This document shows positions 1 through 10,399 of a DNA stretch of 64,000 nt, piece by piece. This DNA is from an uncultured Actinomycetes bacterium. Its GTDB lineage: Bacteria > Actinomycetota > UBA4738 > HRBIN12. Both the position numbers and the translations under genes were made by a program. The notes under the pieces are model-generated. The model was not told where the DNA came from. It worked only from the letters and a program-made list of their open reading frames with translations, and did no database searches. The stretch covers positions 111,892 through 175,891 of the forward strand of contig CAVQCI010000005.1 in NCBI GenBank assembly GCA_963710985.1. Direction: 5' to 3'. How positions within the stretch are numbered: position 1 is the first letter of the stretch; every line of letters starts with the position of its first letter.

Positions 1-2
1 AC

Positions 3-206
3 GTCCTGCTCGCGGTCGAGGGCGTCCACGTCCTGGACAACCGGTGCATCTTCTGGCGCGAGGAGTGCTCGGCCGAGGAGCCGTGCGCGCTGCATTTCCG
101 GTGGGCGGCGCTCCGCCCCATGCTCGAGGCGTCGATCGCGGCGACCACCCTGGCGGAGATCTCCGCGGACCGACATCGTTTGACGACCCCCGCGATCCGC
201 GGGTAG
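3..206 (+). CDS. Rrf2-family transcriptional regulator, C-terminal part (5' end outside window)
   Basis: Frame 3 reads VLLAVEG...RCIFWREECSAEEPCALHFRW...TTLAEI, matching the three-Cys Rrf2 C-terminus; TAG at 204-206. Confidence 0.7.
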   Translation, partial: VLLAVEGVHVLDNRCIFWREECSAEEPCALHFRWAALRPMLEASIAATTLAEISADRHRLTTPAIRG

Positions 207-299
207 GTTGCCCGTGGGAAGGCTCGTGTCGGCATCGACCGAGCCTTCGTGCACGTCGCGGGTCGGCCCGAGATCCGTGGCGGATGCGAGCGGAGGCTG

Positions 300-1377
300 A
301 TGAGCGGAGCGAGAGGCAGGTTGGTGCGGCTGCTGGCGGCCGCATCGATCGTCGTCCCCGGCGTCCTCGTCTCCTTCTTGACCACCCCCTCCTCGGCGGC
401 TCCCTCGGCTGCGGACGTGGCCGCGGCGCAGTCGCAGCGCGATCAGCTCAACCACGACTTCGAGCGTGCGGCCGAGGCCTACAACGCCGCGAACGTCCGG
501 CTCGCCGACGTCCAGGCACAGCTCGCGGGTGCGAAGGCCGCGAAGGACGCCGCGGAGGCCGAGGCGTCGCGCACGCGCGCGCGGCTGTCCGATCGGCGCG
601 GTCGGCGCCTACACGTCGTTCGGCTCGCAGCTCGACATGCTGCTCGGCGCCACCGACATCAGCCAGTTCTCCGATCGCCTCGAGTACATGGGAGCGCTGA
701 CGCAGTCCGACGCCGAGCTGGCGGCCACGGCGGATGCCGCCGCGCAGCGGGCGCAGTGGGCGGCCGAGCGCTACGACGGGTTGGTCACGCAGCGCCAGCG
801 GGAGCTCGACCAGATGGCCCAGGAGCGCGCGCGGATCCAGGAGCTCCTCGGGAAGGCCGAGCAGCTGTACCGGACGCTCTCGGGTGAGCGGCAGCAGTAC
901 CTCGACGCGATCGCGGCACAGCGTGCCGCGGCCCAGGCGGCAGCCCAGCAGGAGCAGGCGGCGAGCACCAGCACCGTGCCCGACACCGGCACGATCCCCC
1001 CGCCGCCTCCGAGCGACGGGTCGGCCGCCGCGATCGCGATCGACGCCGCGCGCTCGGTGATCGGCACGCCCTACGTCTTCGGCGCCGCGGGTCCCGATGC
1101 GTTCGACTGCTCGGGTCTCACGTCGTGGGCATGGGCGCAGGCGGGCGTGTACCTGCCGCACTCGGCCGACGCGCAGTACGCGTCCTTCCCGCGGGTGCCG
1201 CTGTCGGACCTGCAACCCGGCGACATCGTCTACTACGGGAACTTCGGGCCCCACGTCGCCCTGTACATCGGCGGCGGCACGATCATCCACGCGACCCACC
1301 CGGGCCCCGGCGGCGGCCCGCACTTCGACTCGCTCTACGGCTACGACCAGCCGTGGGGCGCCGTCCGCCCGAACTAG
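300..1377 (+). CDS. Secreted coiled-coil NlpC/P60 (C40) peptidoglycan endopeptidase; frameshift near 595
   Basis: Signal peptide and coiled coil (ORF 249..887) continue into PYVFGAAGPDAFDCSGLT...HVALY...IHA (ORF 466..1377). Confidence 0.88.
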
Positions 1378-1480
1378 CTGTAGCCCTTCACGGGTCTCTC
1401 CACACGGCGTCCACCCGCCGCACACCCCACCCCCGCATCGCGCCCTCACGCTGGGCTCCTGACGATGCGAAGGGGCTTCG

Positions 1481-2293
1481 ATGATGTGGCACGACGGATA
1501 TCAGAACGCCTGGGTGTGGCCGGTGATCGTGCTGGTGATGGCCGCGGGCGCCGGCCTCGTGGCGTGGCTCCTGAACCAGGGTCGCAGGCCGCCGACGGGG
1601 AGCGACCAGGCCGCCGAGGTCCTGCGGCGACGGTTCGCGGCCGGTGAGATCGACGAGGCGGAGTTCCGCGAGCGGATGTCGGTCCTGGGCGCGGACGCGT
1701 CGAGCGCCGCGGGCCGATCGGGCGTGCTCCCGGTCGTGGTGGTGGTCGCCGTCGTGCTCGTGGTGATGCTCGTCGTCGCCCTGCTCGCGTCACAGACCGT
1801 CGACCGAGGGCACACGCCGATGATGTCGAGCGGGTTCCGCGCCACCTCGTCGTCGTGCGATGCGCCGTCGCTGCCCGGACAGACGGTCGACGTCACGCTC
1901 ACCGACATGGGCCGCGGCGCCGGCATGATGGGCGGGACCGGCAACGGCTACGGCCCCGGCATGATGAGCGTGCTCGCGAACCCCTCGGCGGTGAGCGCCG
2001 GCCAGGTCTCGTTCCTCGTGTGGAACGGGGGCATGATGGTGCACGAGCTGGTCGTGCTGCCGCTGCCCTCGGGCGGCGCAGGTTCGCGCACGGTCGGGGC
2101 CGACGGCACCGTGAACGAGGACGGCAGCCTGGGCGAGGCCTCGGCCACCTGCGCCGAGGGCACGGGCGAGGGGATCGCGCCCGGCTCGATCGGCTGGGTC
2201 ACGCTCGACCTGCCGGCAGGGCGCTACGAGCTGATCTGCAACCTGCCGGGCCACTACGCGGCGGGGATGTTCACCGAGCTCGACGTCGGGTAA
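1481..2293 (+). CDS. Membrane protein, SHOCT domain fused to C-terminal cupredoxin (sulfocyanin/plastocyanin-like)
   Basis: TM helix, then EVLRRRFAAGEIDEAEF (SHOCT), second TM, then HELVV...YELICNLPGHYAAGM type-1 Cu ligands. Confidence 0.8.
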   Translation: MMWHDGYQNAWVWPVIVLVMAAGAGLVAWLLNQGRRPPTGSDQAAEVLRRRFAAGEIDEAEFRERMSVLGADASSAAGRSGVLPVVVVVAVVLVVMLVVALLASQTVDRGHTPMMSSGFRATSSSCDAPSLPGQTVDVTLTDMGRGAGMMGGTGNGYGPGMMSVLANPSAVSAGQVSFLVWNGGMMVHELVVLPLPSGGAGSRTVGADGTVNEDGSLGEASATCAEGTGEGIAPGSIGWVTLDLPAGRYELICNLPGHYAAGMFTELDVG

Positions 2294-2318
2294 GCGTCCC
2301 CGGATCCCTCGTGCCGGA

Positions 2319-2768
2319 TCAGACGCGCTGGGCGAACCACGTCTGCATGCCGGCGAGCGCCTTCTTCCCCATCTCGCCGAACGCGCCCTTCAGCGCAGGC
2401 TCGGCCAGCTTGGCCACACCCTTGAGCCGCAGGTCGGCCTCGTAGACGACCCGCGTCCCGCCGTCGCCGGTCGCCTCGAACTCGATGGTGTCTCGAGCGG
2501 TGAGCCGCGGACCTTCGCCCTCCAGCACGACGCGCTTCGGCCGGACGTACTCGGTGGTGACGTAGGTCATCTCGGACCTGCTCCCGCGGAAGCTCACCGT
2601 GAGTCGGTAGCGGGCCCCGACGCCGCTCGGGTCGCCCTCGCCCTCCCGCACGCGTTCGGCGCTCAGGACGCCGGGATCCCAACCCTCCGCGCTGGAGAAG
2701 TCGGCCACGGCGTCGAAGGCCTCTTCCGGCGACTGCGCGATCTGGATGGCTTCATGAAGGACGGTCAT
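2319..2768 (-). CDS. SRPBCC (START/polyketide cyclase-like) family protein
   Basis: AFDAVADFS...WDPGV...GVGARY pattern, 149 aa. Confidence 0.8.
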   Translation of the reverse strand: MTVLHEAIQIAQSPEEAFDAVADFSSAEGWDPGVLSAERVREGEGDPSGVGARYRLTVSFRGSRSEMTYVTTEYVRPKRVVLEGEGPRLTARDTIEFEATGDGGTRVVYEADLRLKGVAKLAEPALKGAFGEMGKKALAGMQTWFAQRV

Positions 2769-2891
2769 CTGCTTCGCTCACTCCGGTTTCGATCCGCATC
2801 GTTTTCCCGACCGGAAGGCTAGCGGGCGGCTGCTACGTTCGCGGGGGTGGAACCCCTGCAACTCGAAAGGACGAAGGAGCGGCGCGTGGGG

Positions 2892-3861
2892 ATGAACGAG
2901 CTCAAGGAGCTCACGGACGCATCGCTCGAGGCACTCGTGGTCCCGAGCTTCACGCGGATCGGCCATGACGTGCGGCGGCGGATCTTCGACTGGGAGCCGA
3001 TCGAGGAGCTCTCGATGCAGGGCAGGGTCGTGGCGGTCACCGGGGCGACCTCGGGACTCGGGGAGTTGACGGCGGCAACGCTCGCTCGGATGGGGGCGGA
3101 GGTCCTGCTGCTCGCACGGAACGAACGGAAGGCCGCCGCCGCTCGGGAACGCATCGAGCTCGCGACCGGGAGGCACGCCGTGAGGACCTACCTGGTCGAC
3201 ATGAGCGACATCGAGGCCGTCCGCCGGGTCGCCGGAGAGATCCGCCGAGCCGAGCCTCGACTCGATGTCCTGATCAACAACGCGGGCGCGCTCCTGGCCA
3301 CGCGCGAAACGTCGGCGAACGGCTACGAGATGACCTTCGCGACGATGGTGCTGGGCCCCTTCGTCCTGACCCGAGAGCTGTTGCCTCTGCTCGCGCAGAG
3401 CCGCGACGGACGCGTGATCACCGGTGACCTCGGGGGGGATGTACACGCAGCCCCTTCACCTGGATGACCTCCAGATGGAGCGTGAGCCCTATCGGGGCGC
3501 GGTCGCCTACGCCCGCGCGAAACGGGCGCAGGTCGTGCTCACCAGGCTCTGGGCCCAGAGACATCGAGCGACGTCGGTCGTGTTCCATGCGATGCACCCG
3601 GGGTGGGCACAGACGCCGGGCCTCGAGGCCTCGCTCCCTCGGTTCCGCAGGCTGATCGGTCCCCTGGTCAGGACGCCGGAACAGGGTGTCGACACGATCG
3701 TCTGGCTCTCGGCCGCTCCCGAGGGTGCGGCGTCCAGCGGACGGCTGTGGCTGGACCGCCGACCGCGCCCGTTCGACAAGCTCCCCGGAACCCGGGTGAG
3801 CGCGGAAGAGGCAGCCGACCTGTGGGATGCCTGCGAGCGGCTGACGTCCCTCGCAGGCTGA
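2892..3861 (+). CDS. Short-chain dehydrogenase/reductase (DHRS12-like); frameshift near 3420
   Basis: TGATSGLG, NNAG, then SGGMY...YARAK...MHPGWAQTPG in the next frame. Confidence 0.88.
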
Positions 3862-3955
3862 CGGTCGCCAGCTGCATAGGTTCCGGGCCCTGAACCTCTG
3901 CACGGGCTGGAAGCATGGGACCCGTGGATATCGAGCGTTCCTCGGGGAGGACACC

Positions 3956-5255
3956 GTGCGGATAGCGGTCATCGGCAGCGGCATCTCGGGCTTGGGCGCG
4001 GCGTGGGCCCTGGCGCGGCATCACGACGTGACCGTCTACGAGGCCGAGGGGCGACTGGGCGGTCACGCCAACACGGTGGAGGTCCTCGACGCCGGCCGAT
4101 CCGTGGCCGTGGACACCGGGTTCATCGTCTACAACGAGCGCAATTACCCGAACCTGGTCCGGCTGTTCGAGCACCTCGGCGTGGGAACGGAGCCGAGCGA
4201 GATGTCGTTCTCCGTCTCCCGCGACGACGGGGCGTTCGAATATCAGGCACGCGCGTTCGGTCTGCTGACGCAGCCGTCGAACTTGGCTCGCCCCGGCTAC
4301 CTGCGGATGGTGCGTGACATCGTGCGCTTCACGCGTGGGGCCACGTCCGCCCTCGAGTCCGGCACCTCGGAGACGACGGCGGAGTTCCTCGATCGCGTGG
4401 AGCTGTCCACCGAGTTCCGGCGCGACTTCCTGCTCCCGATGATCGCGTGCATCTGGTCCTCGAGCCTCGAGACGATGCTGAGCTACCCCGCCGCGTCCAT
4501 GGTCCGCTTCCTGGACAACCACGGCCTGCTGAACGTGCTCGAACGGCCGCGATGGCGCACCGTCACGGGCGGCAGCCGCGAGTACGTGTCGCGGATCGCC
4601 GCGTCGTTGGCGGGCGGCACACGGCTCGCGACGCCGGTCGAGGCGGTCCTGCGATCCGACGACGGGGTCGCGGTGCACGACGCGAGGGGAGGCGTCGACC
4701 GCTTCGACCACGTGGTCCTCGCGACGCACGCGGACACGTCGCTGCGGATCCTGGGGTCGGATGCCTCGGCCGAAGAGCGCGACGTGCTCTCCGCGTTCCG
4801 CTACCAGACGAACCGGGCGGTCCTGCATCGCGATCCGATGCTGATGCCGAAGCGCCGCCGAGCGTGGTCGAGCTGGAACTACCTGGCCGACGGCACCGGC
4901 GACGGCGCGGAGCTCGTGTCCCTCTCGTACTGGATGAACAGGTTGCAGAACCTGAGGACGGAGCGTCCCGTCATCGTCACGCTGAACCCGTCGCGAGAGC
5001 CGCGCGACGTGGAGCGGGAGTTCACCTATCACCACCCCCAGTTCGACGCCCGCGCCGTGACCGCACGAGGGCGGATCCGGATCGCTGCAGGGCATCCGCA
5101 GGACCTGGTTCAGCGGGAGCTATCTCGGCAGCGGGTTCCATGAGGACGGTCTGCGTGCCGGTCTGGAGGTCGCGTCCGGTCTCGGGTCCCCGCCTCCTTG
5201 GGGCGAAACCGCAGCTCCGCCCCCGAGCAGGGTCTATGCGACGATGGGGGCGTGA
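3956..5255 (+). CDS. FAD-dependent oxidoreductase (amine-oxidase family, cfa-associated; UfaD-like); frameshift near the C-terminus
   Basis: GSGISGL, GGHANT, DTGFIVYNERNYPN, SYWMNRLQ; GSGFHEDGL tail in a shifted frame ending TGA 5253-5255. Confidence 0.88.
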
Positions 5256-5257
5256 GG

Positions 5258-6074
5258 ATGAGCACCTCATCCGCGCTGTACGTGGGAAAGGTCACGCACA
5301 CCCGCCATTTCCCGACGCGACACCGGCTGTCCTACCGCGTCTGGTACACGCTCCTGGACCTCGACGAGCTCGCACGAGCTCGACCGCACCGTGCCCGGGT
5401 TCTCCGTGGATCGACCGGGGCTCGTCAGCTTCCATACCCGCGACCACGGACCGCGCGACGGCTCCCCGTTGCGACCGTGGATCGAGTCCTACCTCGCCGA
5501 GGCGGGCATCGACCTGCAGGGAGGGCCGATCCGGATCCTCAGCTTCCCGCGGGTGCTGGGGTACACGTTCAACCCGCTGTCGGTCTGGTTCTGCCACGAC
5601 CGGAGCGGCTCGCTGCGGGCGGTCCTGTACGAGGTGTCGAACACGTTCGGCGAGGGGCACTCCTACCTCCTGCCGGTGCCGCCGGGGACGGGCGCGGGCG
5701 ACACCGTCGCGAGGACCTTCGACAAGGAGCTGTTCGTCTCGCCCTTCATCGACCTCGATGCGAGCTATGACTTCCGCACGAGGGTCCCCGACGAGCGTCT
5801 GTCCGTGGTCGTACGGGAGACCGTTCGCCAGGGCCGGGTCCTCGACGCCGCGCTCACGGCCCGCAGGGCGCCGCTCGACGGCCGGCATCTCGCCTCGGCG
5901 TTCGTCCGCCATCCGTTCGTCACGTTGAAGGTGATCGGCGGCATCCACTGGGAGGCAGCGCAGCTCTGGGTGAAGGGAGCGCCGTACCGGCGTCGCGGCG
6001 CGCCGCCGGCGCACCCCGTGACCGTCCTCACGCCGGCGGAGCCGTCTGCCCCGCGGATGGAGGCGGTCGCATGA
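5258..6074 (+). CDS. DUF1365 family protein; frameshift near 5375
   Basis: LYVGKVTHTR, PRVLGYTFNPLSVWFC, EVSNTFGE, FVSPF, IHWEA. Confidence 0.88.
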
Positions 6075-7252
6075 ACGTCGAGACGCTCGACCGTGCGCTC
6101 TTGGACGCGATCGGGGGACAGGTCCGCAAGGGGAGCCTCGCCGTCGAGCTTCCCGGCGGCGACCGGCGCCGGTACCGAGGCGAGGCCGACGGGCCGGCGG
6201 CCGAGGTACGACTGCACGACACGAAGCTGATGCGTCGTCTCGTGTCGCTGGGCGCGATCGGTCTGGCGGACGGGTACATCGAGGGAGACTTCGACGCTCC
6301 GGATCTCGCGGCGCTGATCGAGCTCGGAGCCTTGCACCTCGACCCCGGCGACGGCGCGCCGGCGCGCGCGGCGTTGGAGCGCGCGGGCAAGGCCATCTGG
6401 CGCCGGGTGGGCAAGGCGGCCGTCCCGCGCGGCCCGATCGCGCGCGCGGTGGAGCACTACGATCTCGGCAACGACTTCTTCACCCTCTGGCTCGATCCGA
6501 CGATGACGTACTCGTCCGCGGTGTTCGCGCGACCGGAGATGTCCCTGGAGGAGGCCCAGCTCGAGAAGTACCGCCGTCTGGCCGAAGCCACCGGGGTCCG
6601 TCAGGGCGAGGAGATCCTCGAGATCGGGTGCGGATGGGGCGGCTTCGCGGTCTACGCGGCCGAGCGGCTCGGGTGCCGGGTCACGGCGATCACGGTCTCC
6701 GCCGAGCAGCGTGACCACGTGGACAAGCTGATCGCCGACCGTGGGCTGAGCGACCGGATCCAGGTGCGGCTCGAGGACTTCCGCGCGACGCGGGGCACGT
6801 TCGATCGGATCGTCTCGATCGAGATGATCGAGTCGATCCCCCGGTCGCTGTGGCGCCCGTACTTCCGGCGTCTGCGCGACCTCACCCGGCCCGGCGGCAC
6901 GATCGGGCTGCAGGCGATCGTCGTGGACGACGCGCACTGGCGGTCCTCGGACCGGAACCCCGACTTCATCCGGCGCTACGTCTTCCCCGGCGGTCAGGTC
7001 CCGGCGCCCAAGGTGCTGCGAGCGCTCGCGCGCGAGCACGGGCTCGGCTGGGTCGAGGATCACGGCTACGGCGCCTCGTACGCACGGACGCTCCGGACCT
7101 GGCACGAGCGCTTCGACGCCCGCATCGCCGACGTCGCGGCCCAAGGCTTCGACGAGCGGTTCCAGCGGATGTGGCGGTACTACCTCTCGTACTGCGAGGG
7201 GGGGTTCCGGGCCGGTCGCACCGACGTCCGGCAGATCGTCCTGGCCCGTTGA
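6071..7252 (+). CDS. cfa: Cyclopropane-fatty-acyl-phospholipid synthase family SAM methyltransferase
   Basis: HYDLGNDFF, MTYSSA, LEIGCGWG, FIRRYVFPGG, YYLSYCEGGF. Confidence 0.92.
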   Translation: MNVETLDRALLDAIGGQVRKGSLAVELPGGDRRRYRGEADGPAAEVRLHDTKLMRRLVSLGAIGLADGYIEGDFDAPDLAALIELGALHLDPGDGAPARAALERAGKAIWRRVGKAAVPRGPIARAVEHYDLGNDFFTLWLDPTMTYSSAVFARPEMSLEEAQLEKYRRLAEATGVRQGEEILEIGCGWGGFAVYAAERLGCRVTAITVSAEQRDHVDKLIADRGLSDRIQVRLEDFRATRGTFDRIVSIEMIESIPRSLWRPYFRRLRDLTRPGGTIGLQAIVVDDAHWRSSDRNPDFIRRYVFPGGQVPAPKVLRALAREHGLGWVEDHGYGASYARTLRTWHERFDARIADVAAQGFDERFQRMWRYYLSYCEGGFRAGRTDVRQIVLAR

Positions 7253-7272
7253 GCGTGTAGCGTGCCGGCGCG

Positions 7273-7662
7273 ATGAACCCCGAGGCCGAAGGCACCGTCT
7301 ACCCCGACGTCGCGTTCGCGGTCGATCCCGAGCGCGTCGCGCGCTTCCGCGCGGTGTTCGGTCAGGACCAGGGCGTGCCGCCGACGTTCCTCACGGCCGC
7401 CGAGTTCGCGGTCTTCCCGCAGGTGATCGAGGACGCGAACCTCGGCCTGGACTTCACGCGCGTCATGCACGGGTCGCAGGAGTACACGTATGCGCGCCCG
7501 GTGCGGGTGGGGGAGACCCTCACCGTCCGGGCGCGCCTCGAGGGGGTCAAGCGCATGGGGATCAACGGGTTCCTGACGGTCGTGATGGAGTTCCTCGACG
7601 GCGACGGGGCGCTCGTCGCGACGGCGCGCTCGACGATGATCGAACGCGGGGCCGACGGATGA
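7273..7662 (+). CDS. MaoC-like hotdog dehydratase, HadA-type subunit
   Basis: VPPTF...MHGSQEYTYARPV; paired with the downstream HadB-type gene. Confidence 0.82.
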   Translation: MNPEAEGTVYPDVAFAVDPERVARFRAVFGQDQGVPPTFLTAAEFAVFPQVIEDANLGLDFTRVMHGSQEYTYARPVRVGETLTVRARLEGVKRMGINGFLTVVMEFLDGDGALVATARSTMIERGADG

Positions 7663-8084
7663 GTGTGCGCGCGTTCGAGACCGTATCGCTCGGCGACGAC
7701 CTCCCCGTGCTCCGCCGCGTCGTCACGCGCGAGGACGTGAAGGCCTACGCCGACGCCGGCGGGGACCAGAACCCGCTGCACCAGGACGACGCGTTCGCGC
7801 GCTCGGTCGGCTTCCCCGGGATCGTCGCCCACGGGATGTTCACGATGGGCCACCTGGGCGCCTGCGTCGTCGCGTGGGCCGGCGACGCCGACGCCGTCAC
7901 GCGGATCACCGCGCACTTCCGTGCCTCCGTGTTCATGGGGGAGGAGCTCGTCGCCGGCGGCCGCGTGCGCGCGCTGGACCCCGACGCGCGGACCGCCACC
8001 CTCGAGACCTGGGTGAGCGTCGAACGCGACGGGCAGACCGAGTGGCCCGTCCGCAAGGGCGAGGCGGTCGTCCGCCTGGCCTGA
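7659..8084 (+). CDS. MaoC dehydratase, HadB-type subunit
   Basis: Hydratase motif YADAGGDQNPLHQD...GIVAHGM; ATGA overlap with the upstream gene. Confidence 0.88.
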   Translation: MSVRAFETVSLGDDLPVLRRVVTREDVKAYADAGGDQNPLHQDDAFARSVGFPGIVAHGMFTMGHLGACVVAWAGDADAVTRITAHFRASVFMGEELVAGGRVRALDPDARTATLETWVSVERDGQTEWPVRKGEAVVRLA

Positions 8085-8130
8085 GTCCTCCCTCGGGACG
8101 GCCGGAGCGGCAAGCGCGGTCGACCTTCCG

Positions 8131-8158
8131 ATGAGAGCACGTCTCACGCTCCCCTCAT
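8131..8158 (+). promoter_or_regulatory. Putative response-regulator binding site (TGAGA-N5-TCTCA plus an 11-bp-period repeat)
   Basis: ATGAGAGCACGTCTCACG is identical to 50794-50811; both copies lie upstream of paralogous genes. Confidence 0.6.
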
Positions 8159-8247
8159 GGCTGCCCAAGGCCGCTGTTCGAGCATGAAGGTAGACGCGAG
8201 GAACGCGTTCGAGGCCCGGAAGGGTCACCGATCGAAGGAGGAGAGCC

Positions 8248-8638
8248 ATGAAGAACCGCCGGTTCCGCGGGATCGACCGTGGTGCTCTCGGCCCTGATGC
8301 TCCTCGGCACGCTGGTCGCCACCTCGGCGTTCGCCGACACCGGAGACGTCGAGAAGCGCGGCCAGTGCAGCGGCGCTGCGCACTGGGAGCTCGAGGCCGA
8401 CCACGAGAGCGGTCGGATCGAGATGGAGTTCGAGGTCAACGCCACGAAGGTCGGCGTGCCCTGGCACGTCAGGCTCAGTCACAACGGGAGCGTCTTCGAC
8501 CGCGTGGTCAGGACCACGAACCACGAGGGCAACTTCGAGGTCGACCGCTACGTGAAGAACACGTCCGGGCCCGACACCGTCGGTGCGAGGGCCATCAGCC
8601 CGAGCGGGCAGATCTGCAAGGGGCAGCTCAGCATCTGA
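8248..8638 (+). CDS. Small secreted two-Cys protein, paralog of 50874..51273; frameshift near 8275
   Basis: RBS GGAG; MKNRRFRG...AFAD signal peptide; GQCS...EFEVNAT...TTNHEGNFEV...C. Confidence 0.72.
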
Positions 8639-8665
8639 CCGTCCGCCCACCCCCCGAAGGCGCGA

Positions 8666-8687
8666 CCCCGGCGAGCGATCGCCGGGG
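8666..8687. terminator. Hairpin between convergent genes (probable terminator)
   Basis: CCCCGGCGA-GCGA-TCGCCGGGG perfect 9-bp stem. Confidence 0.55.
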
Positions 8688-8708
8688 CCGTCGCATGGAC
8701 CCGCCGCC

Positions 8709-10325
8709 TCAGCTCGCTTCGCGTCGGACCGTCGACATCGCGCGGATCGCGTCGGACATCCGGTCCACCACGATCTGGATGTCGTTGCCGACGCCCTCGT
8801 CGACGCGGATCGACAGCCGCTCGATCTTCTCGCTCAGCACCTCGGCGACCTTGAGCATCGCCTCGGCCTGCAGCTGCGCGTCGCGGTGCATCTGCTCCGA
8901 GATCGTCTGGAAGCGGTGGTCGACCGCGCCGATCACGTCGCTCGACATGCCGGCCTCGAGCTCCTTGATCGAGCGGACGAGCCCGCGGACCAGGTCGGCG
9001 TCCATCCCCGCCTCGCCGGTGACCGGCGCCGTCTGCAGCGCGTCGATCCGCTCGGAGAGCACCTTGTTGTCGGCCCGGATCAGGCGTGCGATCGCCGTCA
9101 GGCGGTCGTCGAGCTGGGCGCCCATCCGCTCCTCGAACGCCTGCTGGGACTCGGCGACCATCTCGTCGAGCCCGTTCACGGTCTCGGCCGCGTTCACCAT
9201 CCGGTCGAGGTTGCGCTCGACCGTGGCGGTCATCGCCATCGACAGCGCGAGCACCTGTTCCTCGAACGAGCGCTCGAGCGAGGACATCCGCTCCTCGACG
9301 ACCCGCTCCAGGACGCCCATCCGCTCGTCGATCGCCTGGACGATCGCGGTCTCGTCGAGCTCCGCGCCCTCGAGCGTCAGCGAGGACATCCGCTGCTCGA
9401 TCATGCCGCGAAGCGCCATCGAGTCCGAACGGACCAGCTCGGCCAGGCCGCGGACCCGCGCCTCGATCAGCCGCTCGACCGCGGCGCGCAGGTCGGCCTG
9501 CTCGCGCCCGTGCAGCCCCACCTTCTCGCGCACCAGCTCCAGCTGCTCGGTGAACTCGGCGGTCTGCTCCTCGACGATCCCCCGGACCGACTCGCTCAGG
9601 TCGTGGTCCTGCGCCACGAACGCCTGCGCGTGCTGCTCGATCCGCTGGGCGAGGTGGCCCATCGCCTCGGCGCCGCCCTGCACGTAGGACTGCATCGCCT
9701 CGACCACGCGCGTGGTCTCCGAGGCGATCAGCTCGCCGTGCTCGCGGACCTGGCCGAGGACGGTGTCGGTGAGCAGCTTCTCGCGCTCGTCGATGTGGGC
9801 GAACGCCTCCGCGATGTGCAGCTCGACCTGCTCGAGCTGCGAGCGGACCGTGTCCACCCCGTGCAGCGTGGGCGAGTTCGCGATCTCGCGGATCGCGTGC
9901 GCCGAGTTCTCCATCGCCTCGCGCGTGGACTTCGAGGCCGCCTGGAGCTCGTTCAGGTGGTCCTCCAGGCGCGCGGTCCGCACGGCCAGGGCCTGGAACC
10001 GTTCGTCGGAGGACGCGATCAGCGAGCGGATCGCCTGGTCGCGCGAGAGCAGCGAGACGATCCGCTCCTGCTCGGGGCGCACGTCTCGCGCGGAGGTCCG
10101 CCAGACCTCCTTCGCGACCTCCCGCATCAACGCGGTCGCCTGCTCCTCGAGCGTGCGGACGCCCGCGTCCATCCGCTCGTCGACCGCGTTCGCGAGACTC
10201 TCCGCCACCCGGTACTCGTTGGCGGACATCAGTGGCTCGGCCGGGGAAGGATCCCGACGGGCGAACAGCCCACGCCGGAGGATGCCGTCGTCCTCCGACG
10301 TACGGGATGGAACCGAGTTGGTCAT
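8709..10325 (-). CDS. Long coiled-coil / apolipoprotein-like hypothetical protein (538 aa)
   Basis: From MTNSVPS: E/R/A/L/M-rich heptad sequence, no TM segment or signal peptide. Confidence 0.8.
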   Translation of the reverse strand: MTNSVPSRTSEDDGILRRGLFARRDPSPAEPLMSANEYRVAESLANAVDERMDAGVRTLEEQATALMREVAKEVWRTSARDVRPEQERIVSLLSRDQAIRSLIASSDERFQALAVRTARLEDHLNELQAASKSTREAMENSAHAIREIANSPTLHGVDTVRSQLEQVELHIAEAFAHIDEREKLLTDTVLGQVREHGELIASETTRVVEAMQSYVQGGAEAMGHLAQRIEQHAQAFVAQDHDLSESVRGIVEEQTAEFTEQLELVREKVGLHGREQADLRAAVERLIEARVRGLAELVRSDSMALRGMIEQRMSSLTLEGAELDETAIVQAIDERMGVLERVVEERMSSLERSFEEQVLALSMAMTATVERNLDRMVNAAETVNGLDEMVAESQQAFEERMGAQLDDRLTAIARLIRADNKVLSERIDALQTAPVTGEAGMDADLVRGLVRSIKELEAGMSSDVIGAVDHRFQTISEQMHRDAQLQAEAMLKVAEVLSEKIERLSIRVDEGVGNDIQIVVDRMSDAIRAMSTVRREAS

Positions 10326-10399
10326 GTGCAGACGCCTCCGCTCGGTGGGGCCGCGCGTGGTCGTCGTCTGGCGCATCCTAGGCCCGAACGCACCCAGAC

